The translations under genes were made by a program, and so were the position numbers. Of a stretch of DNA of 64,000 nt, positions 29,844 through 38,604 are shown one piece after another. The stretch is from Desulfatiglandales bacterium (GTDB lineage: Bacteria; Desulfobacterota; DSM-4660; Desulfatiglandales; Desulfatiglandaceae), in NCBI GenBank assembly GCA_963662465.1, contig OY759599.1:2144001-2208000 (forward strand). The letters are read 5' to 3'. The notes under the pieces were generated by a model. It saw only the letters and a program-made list of their open reading frames with translations, did no database searches and was not told where the DNA came from. Every line of letters begins with the position of its first letter. The first letter of the stretch is position 1.

Positions 29844-31222
29844 AGATCAAAAAAGTCTCCCGCGATATAATCGAGAATAATGTTTTCCAGACGCGACAAA
29901 TCAAAAAGTCCATATTTAAGCGCCTGTGTTATGGCTTTCAAAAAAGGTTCCCCGGGATAAGTGCGTTTCAGATGAAGCAACCGACGTAACTTGACCACAC
30001 CGCGACCGTGACTTCTTTTCTTCAGTTCAGCCACATACTCATCCAGGATGGCATCCTCTCCCGTCAACAGCTGTTCTTCTTTTGAAGGGATTCGGGGATC
30101 TTTTTTTCTTCGAATGGGAACATGGTGACCGGGCAGGGTTGTTCGGGTGTTGCGTTTATCCAGTATGCGGTCATGTTCCGCCACTTTTGTGTTTTTGTCG
30201 TAAACGATGACCTTGAGCCAATGTTTCTGTACTTCCAGGGAGTTCCCAATCAGCGCTTCAGGGACTGAATAGCGGTTGGTGTCCAAGTGCACATATCCCT
30301 GAACATCGGCTACCCTGTGTTCTGCCACATAGACTGGCGGCTGGTATGCCGGTAAATCAATGAGATATGGCTTTTCAATGACATAGGCCTCATCCGGCGT
30401 CATCCCTAAAGCCCGTTTAAACTTTTTATCGCTTGTATTCCGGCACCAGTCGATTGCCTGCCGGTTCAAATCCTGCCAGCTAACAAATGTTCTACCGGGA
30501 AGAAAATTGTTTTCCACAAAATGAAAAGGCCTTTCCACACGAGCACTTCGATTGGCGTCTCCTACAGCATGGGCCTCAAACCGGGTTCCATACATATCGC
30601 CGAAGTATTTCATTTCAGGCGCAATCAATGCATCAGGCCCGGTGCCGCCGGCCACAATAACATTGGTGTTGTCAACCATGCACCGGGAACACACCCCGTC
30701 CATAAACTCGAATGCTTTTTTTAGGAAAACCTTGCACTCAAACCGGGTAAAACAGGGGTAATACTGAATAAAAATCCTTCGGCAAAAGGCCAGGGTCAGG
30801 GACGCGCACTGGGTCGACATTTTTTTCCCATTAATGACAACCAGATGGGGTGACGTATCATGCTGCATCTCCTGACCGGGTTTAAAATGGTATTGGCCCG
30901 CCCGTCTTTTTTTACGTTCCCGGATCTCGTACTTTCTCATAATCCAGGTCAGACTCTGATAAGGGATTTTGATCTGTTGGCGGCTTTCCAGTTCCTCGGC
31001 TACTCGCACGGCATTTCCTTTACATTCCTTGAAAAGCTCGCGGATCAACGGGACATGTTCTTCATACCGGGAGTTCCTTTGGGGTACCGCCTCTTCGTCA
31101 TGATCATCTAAAACCTTCGTGACGGTATTGCGACCGGCCTTCAGGGTTTTGGCGATGTCGCGCAAACTCATGCCGGTTTTTTTCAATTCCACAATGGCAT
31201 CTTTTTTGGATTGTCGGATCAT
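29840..31222 (-). CDS. istA: IS21 DDE transposase
   Basis: N-terminal HTH; PGQEMQHD, VDNT, RVERPFHFVENNF; LDTNRYSVP. Confidence 0.95.
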   Translation of the reverse strand: MIRQSKKDAIVELKKTGMSLRDIAKTLKAGRNTVTKVLDDHDEEAVPQRNSRYEEHVPLIRELFKECKGNAVRVAEELESRQQIKIPYQSLTWIMRKYEIRERKKRRAGQYHFKPGQEMQHDTSPHLVVINGKKMSTQCASLTLAFCRRIFIQYYPCFTRFECKVFLKKAFEFMDGVCSRCMVDNTNVIVAGGTGPDALIAPEMKYFGDMYGTRFEAHAVGDANRSARVERPFHFVENNFLPGRTFVSWQDLNRQAIDWCRNTSDKKFKRALGMTPDEAYVIEKPYLIDLPAYQPPVYVAEHRVADVQGYVHLDTNRYSVPEALIGNSLEVQKHWLKVIVYDKNTKVAEHDRILDKRNTRTTLPGHHVPIRRKKDPRIPSKEEQLLTGEDAILDEYVAELKKRSHGRGVVKLRRLLHLKRTYPGEPFLKAITQALKYGLFDLSRLENIILDYIAGDFFDL

Positions 31223-32103
31223 AATTGGGTCGCTTTCTTGAGTTCCAGTGCTTGTTTTTCTATCTTTTTCACCCAGGTTTTGAGCGTTTGTTTCTTCAAC
31301 TGATCGCTTTTTGGGTAATGGACATGCGAAACGGTTTTCACCAGACGTTTGAGAACCGCATATACCATTTCAATATCCTTGAACCATTTGCCTTCCGGTC
31401 CATCATGAACTTCTTTGGCTTGTTTAGACTGGGTTCTTTGTTCGAGAACTTTTATGAAAAGGGATGGATTTTCCAGCATGTGGTCTCGAACAGACCGGTT
31501 GCTTTTCTGGTAATGTGCGTAGAAACGGGCCAGTTCCCTTGTGGATAGAGGTTCTTTTTCCAGGTGGGCCAACAGTTTTTGTGCGTCTTCACCGTTGGCG
31601 CGCGCCAACGGCGCCATGACATGGCTGGCAGCCCAGGTTGAAAGTGAGCCTGCAATCACGGTTCTCAAAATATTTTCCGGCAGGGCTTCAACCAGGTCCA
31701 GCCGCCGTTTTACAAAACTCTTGTCGCGCCCTATTCGGGTTGCAATATGGGAGAGGCTGCACCCAAAACGCCGATGTAATTCCTGAAGTAAAACAGACTG
31801 CTCAATGACTTCCCATTGCCGTTCATTGGCCTTGGTTAAAAGCGAAAACATGGCATTTTGTTCGTTTTCTTTTGAGAATTGGACACATATCCGGTCCTTT
31901 CCACAAGCACAAAGCGCTCGAACACGCAGGTAGCCATCAATCAGAATCAGTTTGTCTTTTTCTTCAATAGCCAGGGCCGGAACGATCTGCCCGTAAGTTT
32001 CGATGGAATCCCTCAATCGCTTTAAAGCCTGGTGATTCATTATCCGGCAATGAGCGTAACGCAACTCCAGCAAATGAATATCAACGGTTCGGATGGATTC
32101 CAT
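31219..32103 (-). CDS. ParB/Srx-domain protein with HTH
   Basis: LRDSIETYGQIVP...LIDGYLRVRAL (ParB-like, non-canonical GxxR), SLSHIATRIGRDKSFVKRRL; overlaps the istA start. Confidence 0.85.
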   Translation of the reverse strand: MESIRTVDIHLLELRYAHCRIMNHQALKRLRDSIETYGQIVPALAIEEKDKLILIDGYLRVRALCACGKDRICVQFSKENEQNAMFSLLTKANERQWEVIEQSVLLQELHRRFGCSLSHIATRIGRDKSFVKRRLDLVEALPENILRTVIAGSLSTWAASHVMAPLARANGEDAQKLLAHLEKEPLSTRELARFYAHYQKSNRSVRDHMLENPSLFIKVLEQRTQSKQAKEVHDGPEGKWFKDIEMVYAVLKRLVKTVSHVHYPKSDQLKKQTLKTWVKKIEKQALELKKATQL

Positions 32104-32500
32104 ACCCAGTCTCCCGAAAGATTTCCTCTATGGTTTCTCCAAGACTGACCCAATTTCCTTGCCGGATCTCCTTTACCTGTTTCACAATCACAGGACGTCT
32201 GGGAAGCGAAAGAACCTGAAACAGACGGCCATCAAACCCAATCAGATCCTTGTCCAACAAGCCATCGCGGGCATCGATATATTGATCCAAATGCACCTTT
32301 AAAATCCGGCAGATTCTGTCGTAACCATAATAAGAGAGCCCGTTTTTGTCAGATACCAACACCAGAAAAATGTAGAGCAGCAGCTCATGATGATTCAGGC
32401 TCTCCCAAAAGCCGTTTCTCAAAAAACGATGCTCCAGAAAGCCGAAGCTTCCATTGATGACACGCACTCTTTCGGGAAAAAGGACTCTTTTTTTGATCAT
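32081..32500 (-). CDS. Winged-helix-like protein (replication-initiator-type HTH)
   Basis: ELLLYIFLVLVSDKNGLSYYGYDRICRIL...ARDGLLDKDLI; AGGAG RBS; overlaps the ParB-like gene. Confidence 0.7.
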   Translation of the reverse strand: MIKKRVLFPERVRVINGSFGFLEHRFLRNGFWESLNHHELLLYIFLVLVSDKNGLSYYGYDRICRILKVHLDQYIDARDGLLDKDLIGFDGRLFQVLSLPRRPVIVKQVKEIRQGNWVSLGETIEEIFRETGYGIHPNR

Positions 32501-32512
32501 TTTTTTCTCCTG

Positions 32513-32956
32513 TCATGGATATGGGGTTTTCTCAAAGCCTGTTACATCTGAAAAAACCCTCCCTGCATAAGCACGGCGAGGAAAATGGTCCACAACAACC
32601 CCGATCGACCCGCAAAAAAGACAGCTGGGTCGGTTCCCCGACCGCTTTTTGGGTTCAATATCACAGTCTTTTTGAGGTGTTGAACTATCATCACCAGGGT
32701 TCAGTCCATTTTTTTTGGATTTTTTTGTTTTTTCGTACAAACGACGGCGCTCTTTCCCTTTTTTCGAATTGCGGTATTTCCCCTGAGCTTTCCGGTGCAG
32801 CTGTCTTTGGCGTATCCTGCGACATCGTTCCCCACAATAGGCCTGGCCACGCCAACACGACCGACAGACGTGAAAAAAGCAACCACAACATCGGCATTGA
32901 ACCACTCTTAAAAGGACATCTCCCATCATTCCGGCCTTGCAATTGGCCGGAAACAC
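32513..32956 (-). CDS. Cys-rich zinc-finger protein (start more likely the ATG near 32929)
   Basis: CRCCG..F..CRSCWRGQAYCGERC, a basic helix, and C-terminal CLFCG. Confidence 0.7.
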   Translation of the reverse strand: MFPANCKAGMMGDVLLRVVQCRCCGCFFHVCRSCWRGQAYCGERCRRIRQRQLHRKAQGKYRNSKKGKERRRLYEKTKKSKKNGLNPGDDSSTPQKDCDIEPKKRSGNRPSCLFCGSIGVVVDHFPRRAYAGRVFSDVTGFEKTPYP

Positions 32957-33005
32957 ACTTATATAAAATTGGCGTGTGTGTGGCTTCCGGCTCTATCCGG
33001 TGGTC

Positions 33006-33041
33006 AAAAAAGAAGGCCCGAAGCGGCTACTTCGGGCCTTC
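33006..33041 (-). terminator. Intrinsic terminator in the leader of the element operon
   Basis: Perfect 12-bp stem GAAGGCCCGAAG/CTTCGGGCCTTC followed by T6 on the minus strand. Confidence 0.8.
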
Positions 33042-33242
33042 ACCATCCATTCTACAAAGTAAATCGCATTTCCACTTAACCAAGCCTCTGTCTTGGAAGA
33101 AGAAAACCAAATCCAAAGAAAATAGATTTTATAAAAATTTATTGAAAAGTAAATCTACATCAACGACTCCTTTGCCGCCACTTATGGATCCCTCATCGTC
33201 CGCTATACCTGAGGGCCGTACTCACCGGCGGTGACAGCCAAT

Positions 33243-33292
33243 GGTTCAATTTCCATTAGCAAACTTGGTTCAGTTTTGATTAGCGTTGAAGA
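33243..33292. repeat. Terminal repeat, leader side
   Basis: Reverse complement reads TCTTCAACGCTAATCAAAACTGAACCAA then GCTAATGGAAATTGAACCAT. Confidence 0.85.
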
Positions 33293-34427
33293 CGGTTCTT
33301 GAAAGGTTTTTGAACCGAAGCCCTGAACAACTTGTGGGGTCTCTCCCTCGCCCACTCCAGGAAAAGCTCGATATTTTCCTCTCCAAATACGGGTGTCGCG
33401 CCCGCCATAGAACCCTTTACCTGAAACGATGGGCGGAAGCGCCGGAGGAGGTTCTCGGGATGATGGCAGCCCTTCTCGGAAATCCGGTGAACGGGGGTAA
33501 AGCGGAAAGCGCCGGGCCTGATGACCCTGTGATAGTCATACGGCGGAAATTGCCATGGCGCCTCCGTGTCGTACTCCGACCCCTTTTAAAATTTACCTGC
33601 AATTTTTTAAACCTGCGGGAAGATCTAAGATTTTTGCTCGACAAAATCCTCTATCTTGTCAGGCAATCCGTGATAACCCTTGGAAAACACACGGGCCTGG
33701 GTGAAGGCGTCCTGTTTCTGACCCAATCCGAATTGGACCAGGTGGTTGACGGCAGTATCGATTTTGAAGATGCAAGGCTGTTGGCCGATGCCGGGCGAGA
33801 TGCATTCCTGAAGCAATCCGATGTTTACACGTTTTATATTGACGGCAGGCCAATGGATGAACTCCCGTCAAACGCAAAAATCATGCGGGGCATTGGAACC
33901 AGTCCCGGCAGGGCAACGGGAAGGGCCAGAATCGTGGATGATCCAACAAAACACCCTATTCAAAAAGGGGATATCCTGGTTGCCAAAAATACCGATCCCG
34001 GCTGGACGCCCATCTTACGGATCGTCAGCGGGATCGTTGTCGAAGAAGGGGGAATACTGAACCACTGCTCTATCGTGGCCCGGGAACTGGGAATCCCGGC
34101 GGTTGTCGGCGTCCGACAGGCCACCCGAAAAATACCGGAAAACGCCCTCATTACCATCGACGGGGGCTTTGGCGCCGTTCAAATGGCGGATTCAGGGCTG
34201 CGCACCAAAACCCATTATTGACATTTTGGGCTTGGTCCTAACTTTTCCCACTGTTAAGCGCCTGTTTAAAAGAGAACCGCGGAATGCTTTTCTTTTCTTT
34301 GACAGCGCTCAAAAAATAAAGCAGAATAAACATCCCTCAATTCCATGAAATCCGTTGAAGTTCACCCAGCGTTTGTCAGGAGCGATTCAGCGCTTTTGCC
34401 AACCGTTGAAAATCCCGGAGGCCCATT

Positions 34428-36287
34428 ATGCCGGAAACCAATCCCCCTCCCCCCTTTCGGATTCTGCTGGTGGAGCAGGCGCCCCTGGACCGGCAGGCAT
34501 TTTGCCGGGCCATGAAAGAGGGCGGAATTCCCTGTGACTTCACCGAGTGTTCCCGGGCAGACGAAGCCCTGGAACGGATTGCGGCGACCCCCTCGCCTTT
34601 CGATCTGGTGGTGGTGGACCATCTGCTGCCCGACATGTCCGGGCTTGAGTTGTGCCGGCAGGCGGCCATGCGAAAAACCCCTTCGCCGCTTCTGTTTCTC
34701 ATCCCCGCCGGTTCGGAAACCCTGGCGGCGGCAGCGATCAAGACCGGGGCTACCGCCTATATCATAAAAGATCCCTCCAATGGATATCTCAACCTGTTGC
34801 CGGTGGCGGCGCCGGAGGCGATAAAACGATACCGGGATCGACTTGCCCACACTGAAACCGAAGCGGTTTTGAGAGAAAGCGAGGCGAAATACCGGTTTAT
34901 CACCGATACCATGCTGGATATGGTGTGGATCGTGGGGCTCGACTTACAGACCACCTACGTGAGCCCTTCCATTGAGCGGGTGCTCGGGTTTACGCCGGAA
35001 GAGCGAAAACAACAATCGTTTAAGGGGAATGTTACGCCTGAATCCTATCAGAGAGTCCTGGAAAGGCTGGCGGAAGAACTTCGGCGCGATCATGAAAACG
35101 CTCCTGACCCGAATCGATCCATCGTCATCGAGGTGGAATACTACCGCAAGGACGGGACCACCCTCTGGATGGAGAACAGGGTCCAGGCCATCCGCGATTC
35201 GAAAAACGCCATTGTGGGCATTATGGGGGTGTCCCGCGATATTACCGAACGTCGAGAGGCGGAAGCGGCTTTGCGGGAGAGTGAAAAAAAGTATAGAACC
35301 CTTTTTGAAAACGCGCCCATAGGGATCGGGATCACCGACGGGGCCGGCAATATTCTGGATTTCAACGAGGCCATGCTCAGGCTTCACGGGTATAAACCAG
35401 GGGACACGCTTCCCAGTGGACGTACGGTCAACTATTACCACAACCCCGAGGAGAGGGAGAGGACTGTGGCCCTCCTTTTGAGGGACGGCTTTGTTGACCG
35501 GGAGGAAGTTTATCTGAAACGCAAGGACGGCACGCCGTACCACGGACTTCTCAGCATGCGGCCCATGGAGATGGAAGGCAAATCCTGCTGGCTCTCCATG
35601 ATTCAGGATATCAGTGAGCAATTGAAAAAAGATGAGGCCCTGCGAAAATCCGCCCAGGTCCAGGAGGTGCTGGTTCGAGAGGTCAACCACCGGGTCAAAA
35701 ACAATCTCTCCGCCATTATCAGCATGATCCACAAGGAGGAAGATCACGCCATGGCAACGGAGAACCGGGAACGGATCCCCCTCTTGCGTGATCTCTCTTC
35801 ACGGATTCAAGGGCTCTTGACGGTCCACAGCATGCTCTCCCAAAGCGGGTGGCGTCCCCTTAACCTTCAGACCCTTTGTGAGGGGATCATTCAGGGGACC
35901 CTCAAGGGCGCTCCTTTCTCAAAAAAGATGGCGATCCATGTGGCGCCCAGCCCGGTTGCGGTCAACAGCAACATTGCCCACCACCTGGCCCTGGTGTTGA
36001 ATGAACTGGCCACCAACAGCATGAAACATGCCGTAAATGACCGCCATGTCTGCCATATCGCCGTTAATATTCATGAGGACGGCGAACAAGTATCCATTTG
36101 TTACAGGGATGACGGACCGGGCTATCCGGAAGCCATGATTCGAGAAAGCGCATCCGGGGAAAATATCGGCTTTCAACTGATACAGGGCATCGTTACCCGG
36201 AGCCTTGGGGGCAAAGTCCGAATCGAAAATAAAAATGGCGCCGTGACGAGGATTACTTTCAGGAACAGCGAGAATTCAAAAAGATAG
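34428..36287 (+). CDS. REC-PAS-PAS histidine kinase (HisKA_2 type)
   Basis: REVNHRVKNNL, NELATNSMKHA, DDGPG. Confidence 0.92.
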   Translation: MPETNPPPPFRILLVEQAPLDRQAFCRAMKEGGIPCDFTECSRADEALERIAATPSPFDLVVVDHLLPDMSGLELCRQAAMRKTPSPLLFLIPAGSETLAAAAIKTGATAYIIKDPSNGYLNLLPVAAPEAIKRYRDRLAHTETEAVLRESEAKYRFITDTMLDMVWIVGLDLQTTYVSPSIERVLGFTPEERKQQSFKGNVTPESYQRVLERLAEELRRDHENAPDPNRSIVIEVEYYRKDGTTLWMENRVQAIRDSKNAIVGIMGVSRDITERREAEAALRESEKKYRTLFENAPIGIGITDGAGNILDFNEAMLRLHGYKPGDTLPSGRTVNYYHNPEERERTVALLLRDGFVDREEVYLKRKDGTPYHGLLSMRPMEMEGKSCWLSMIQDISEQLKKDEALRKSAQVQEVLVREVNHRVKNNLSAIISMIHKEEDHAMATENRERIPLLRDLSSRIQGLLTVHSMLSQSGWRPLNLQTLCEGIIQGTLKGAPFSKKMAIHVAPSPVAVNSNIAHHLALVLNELATNSMKHAVNDRHVCHIAVNIHEDGEQVSICYRDDGPGYPEAMIRESASGENIGFQLIQGIVTRSLGGKVRIENKNGAVTRITFRNSENSKR

Positions 36288-36298
36288 GAGGCCCAATC

Positions 36299-38281
36299 AT
36301 GAACGATCCAAAACCCATTCGCGTCCTTGTGGCTGAAGACGACTTTCTCATCGGTGAAGAAATCGTCCGGGTCTTGAAAAAGCTGGGGTATGATGCCGTC
36401 GGCACAGCCGCCAATGGCCGGAAGGCGGTTGAGATGACCGGCGCCCTCCATCCCGATGTGGTACTCATGGATCTGAAGATGCCGGTGCTGGACGGGATTA
36501 GCGCCACCCGGCAAATTCAAGCCGCCTGTCCCACGCCGGTGGTCATCCTTACGGCCCACGAGTCCCGGGATCTCGTGAAAGAGGCCGGGGAGGCAGGGGC
36601 ACTGGCATACCTCACCAAACCGCCCAGGGAAGATGAAATCGGACGAGCCATTGCCATCGCCATGGCCCGGCATGAAGATTTCATGGCCCTGCACCGTCTC
36701 AACCGGGACCTCAACCACCAGAAAGAAGCCCTTCACAAGTCCGAAACCTGGCTCCAGAGCATCTTCAATTCCCTGGAAGAAGGGGTCTTTGTGGTTACCC
36801 CCGACCGGAAGATAGCGAACATGAATAATGCGGCCCAAAGGATGTTCGGATATGCACGGGAGGAGCTTTTGAACCGCGCCCCTGATTTCCTTCATATGGA
36901 TCAGGCGCATTATGAGGAATTCGGCCGACGGATCAACGAGGCTTTCGATAAGGGGAGGGTAGCTAACTTCCAATTTGAAATCAGGCGAAAAAACGGTGAA
37001 ATATTTCCCTCCGAACACACCGTCACCCCCCTGAAAAGTCCAACGGGCGAGCCCATGGGCATTGTCAGCGTGGTTCGAGACATCACAGAGCGGAAAAAGA
37101 CGGAGGAAGCACTTCTAAAAGCCCGAAAGCTCGAATCCATGGGCATCCTTGCGGGCGGCATTGCCCACGACTATAACAATCTGCTCTCCATGATTATGGG
37201 CAACCTATCCCTGGCCAGGGAAGATGCAAAGCCGGAATACGGGATTTCAGAATTCCTGGAATCGGCTGAGGACGCGGCCGGGAGAGCCGCTGAGTTAACC
37301 CGTCAAATGCTGCACCTTTCCAAGGGGGGCGGCTTCCTGGCCAAAAGAACGGCCGCCATCGGAGGGGTCATTGAGAAAACCGCCGCGAAGGCTTCGGCGG
37401 GTTCCGGGGTTACCTGCGATTTTTCCATTCCGAACGATCTGTGGCAGGTTGAATTCGATGAAGATCAAATGAAACAGGTCATCGGCAATGTGGTAACAAA
37501 CGGGGTGGAAGCCATGCCCAAGGAGGAAACCATCGCCATAAAGGCGGAGAATGTTATCCTGCGTGAAGACAGCCAAAATCCCGACCTTCCGCTCGCAGCG
37601 GGAAAATATATAAAGATCTCCATTCAAGATCAGGGAATGGGCATTCCCCCGGAGCACCTCCCCAAGATCTTTGACCCCTACTTTTCAACCAAGAAGATGG
37701 GGGTCCAAAAAGGAATGGGGCTGGGCCTTGCAACGGCCCTTGCCATCGTCAAGCGGCACGGGGGGCACATTGGCGTAACATCGCGGGTGGGGGTCGGAAC
37801 CACCCTCCGCATTTTTCTGCCGGCTTCCGAAGAAAAAGTCCGGCAACCCATATCCGCCGCGGGTACGCCCCCAATGGACCCGCAACCCTCCGAAACAAAG
37901 AGAATTCTCATCATGGACGATGAAGAAATGTTGCGAAACCTCGGCAAAGAGATGCTCACTCGCCTGGGCTATGCGGTTGAAACGGCCGGGGACGGGGCTG
38001 AAGCCATCCGGTTGTACAGGACGGCACGGGAATCGGGGGAACCTTTTGACGCGGTCATTCTGGATCTGACCATCAAGGGCGGCATGGGCGGGAAAGAAGC
38101 CATTCGGGAATTGCAAACCATAAACCCTGAAGTGAAAGCCATCCTGTACAGCGGCTATTCCGAAGATCCCATCATGACCCACTTCCGGGAATATGGGTTT
38201 TGCGCCGCCATGGCCAAGCCTTATCAGTTGAAGGATTTGGCGGATAATTTGACGAAGATCCTGGGGAAAGAAAGGAAGTAG
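36299..38281 (+). CDS. REC-PAS hybrid histidine kinase with C-terminal REC
   Basis: LMDLKMP, GGIAHDYNN, GMGLGL, ILDLTIKGGMGG. Confidence 0.95.
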   Translation: MNDPKPIRVLVAEDDFLIGEEIVRVLKKLGYDAVGTAANGRKAVEMTGALHPDVVLMDLKMPVLDGISATRQIQAACPTPVVILTAHESRDLVKEAGEAGALAYLTKPPREDEIGRAIAIAMARHEDFMALHRLNRDLNHQKEALHKSETWLQSIFNSLEEGVFVVTPDRKIANMNNAAQRMFGYAREELLNRAPDFLHMDQAHYEEFGRRINEAFDKGRVANFQFEIRRKNGEIFPSEHTVTPLKSPTGEPMGIVSVVRDITERKKTEEALLKARKLESMGILAGGIAHDYNNLLSMIMGNLSLAREDAKPEYGISEFLESAEDAAGRAAELTRQMLHLSKGGGFLAKRTAAIGGVIEKTAAKASAGSGVTCDFSIPNDLWQVEFDEDQMKQVIGNVVTNGVEAMPKEETIAIKAENVILREDSQNPDLPLAAGKYIKISIQDQGMGIPPEHLPKIFDPYFSTKKMGVQKGMGLGLATALAIVKRHGGHIGVTSRVGVGTTLRIFLPASEEKVRQPISAAGTPPMDPQPSETKRILIMDDEEMLRNLGKEMLTRLGYAVETAGDGAEAIRLYRTARESGEPFDAVILDLTIKGGMGGKEAIRELQTINPEVKAILYSGYSEDPIMTHFREYGFCAAMAKPYQLKDLADNLTKILGKERK

Positions 38282-38549
38282 GTCAGGGTGCGGCGCGTCC
38301 CATTCTTTCCTCTGATGCTGTTGAATCCCAAATGGGTTGAAATCCATCAAACGACCGAAAAAACCCCAACGCGCCGTTCCCTGACATTCTTACAACCACC
38401 CCAACGTCGCCAATGGGATTATCGGTTTATGCCGAATCAATGTCAGGTAATCCCGCGTGTGGACATGTGGGATTTTGTACGTTCATGGGGGTTGGCATGA
38501 AAATCGAAATTTCGAGGTAAAAATGTGAACGCGGGACAACCTGACCTAC
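38278..38549. repeat. GTAG-type REP doublet with expanded loops
   Basis: 38278-98 pairs with 38369-85 and 38442-58 pairs with 38529-49; outer ends GTAGGTCAGG / CCTGACCTAC. Confidence 0.7.
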
Positions 38550-38604
38550 GGACTACGGGCTATACGGCTTTTCCCCTCCGGGAAAGATAATGCTTCATTC
38601 TTCA

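Larger units (their letters stand above)
28566..33292 (-). mobile_element. IS21-like transposon with accessory genes (4727 bp)
   Basis: Boundaries defined by comparison with the intact gene copy; terminal inverted repeats with doubled internal units; istA and istB present. Confidence 0.92.
27101..34221 (+). pseudogene. Second copy of the RPH-like dikinase, 5'-truncated and split by the IS21-like element
   Basis: 27101-28565 and 33293-34187 align with 19085-21441; the first 12 codons are missing. Confidence 0.92.

Noticed and set aside
32932..32948. Rifamycin-associated element near the RPH-like gene
   Set aside because: GGCCTTGCAATTGGCC matches only partly and lies inside the transposon, not upstream of the gene.
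32515..33234. 239-aa plus-strand ORF in the transposon
   Set aside because: Antisense to the zinc-finger gene and running through hairpins, with no motif or RBS.
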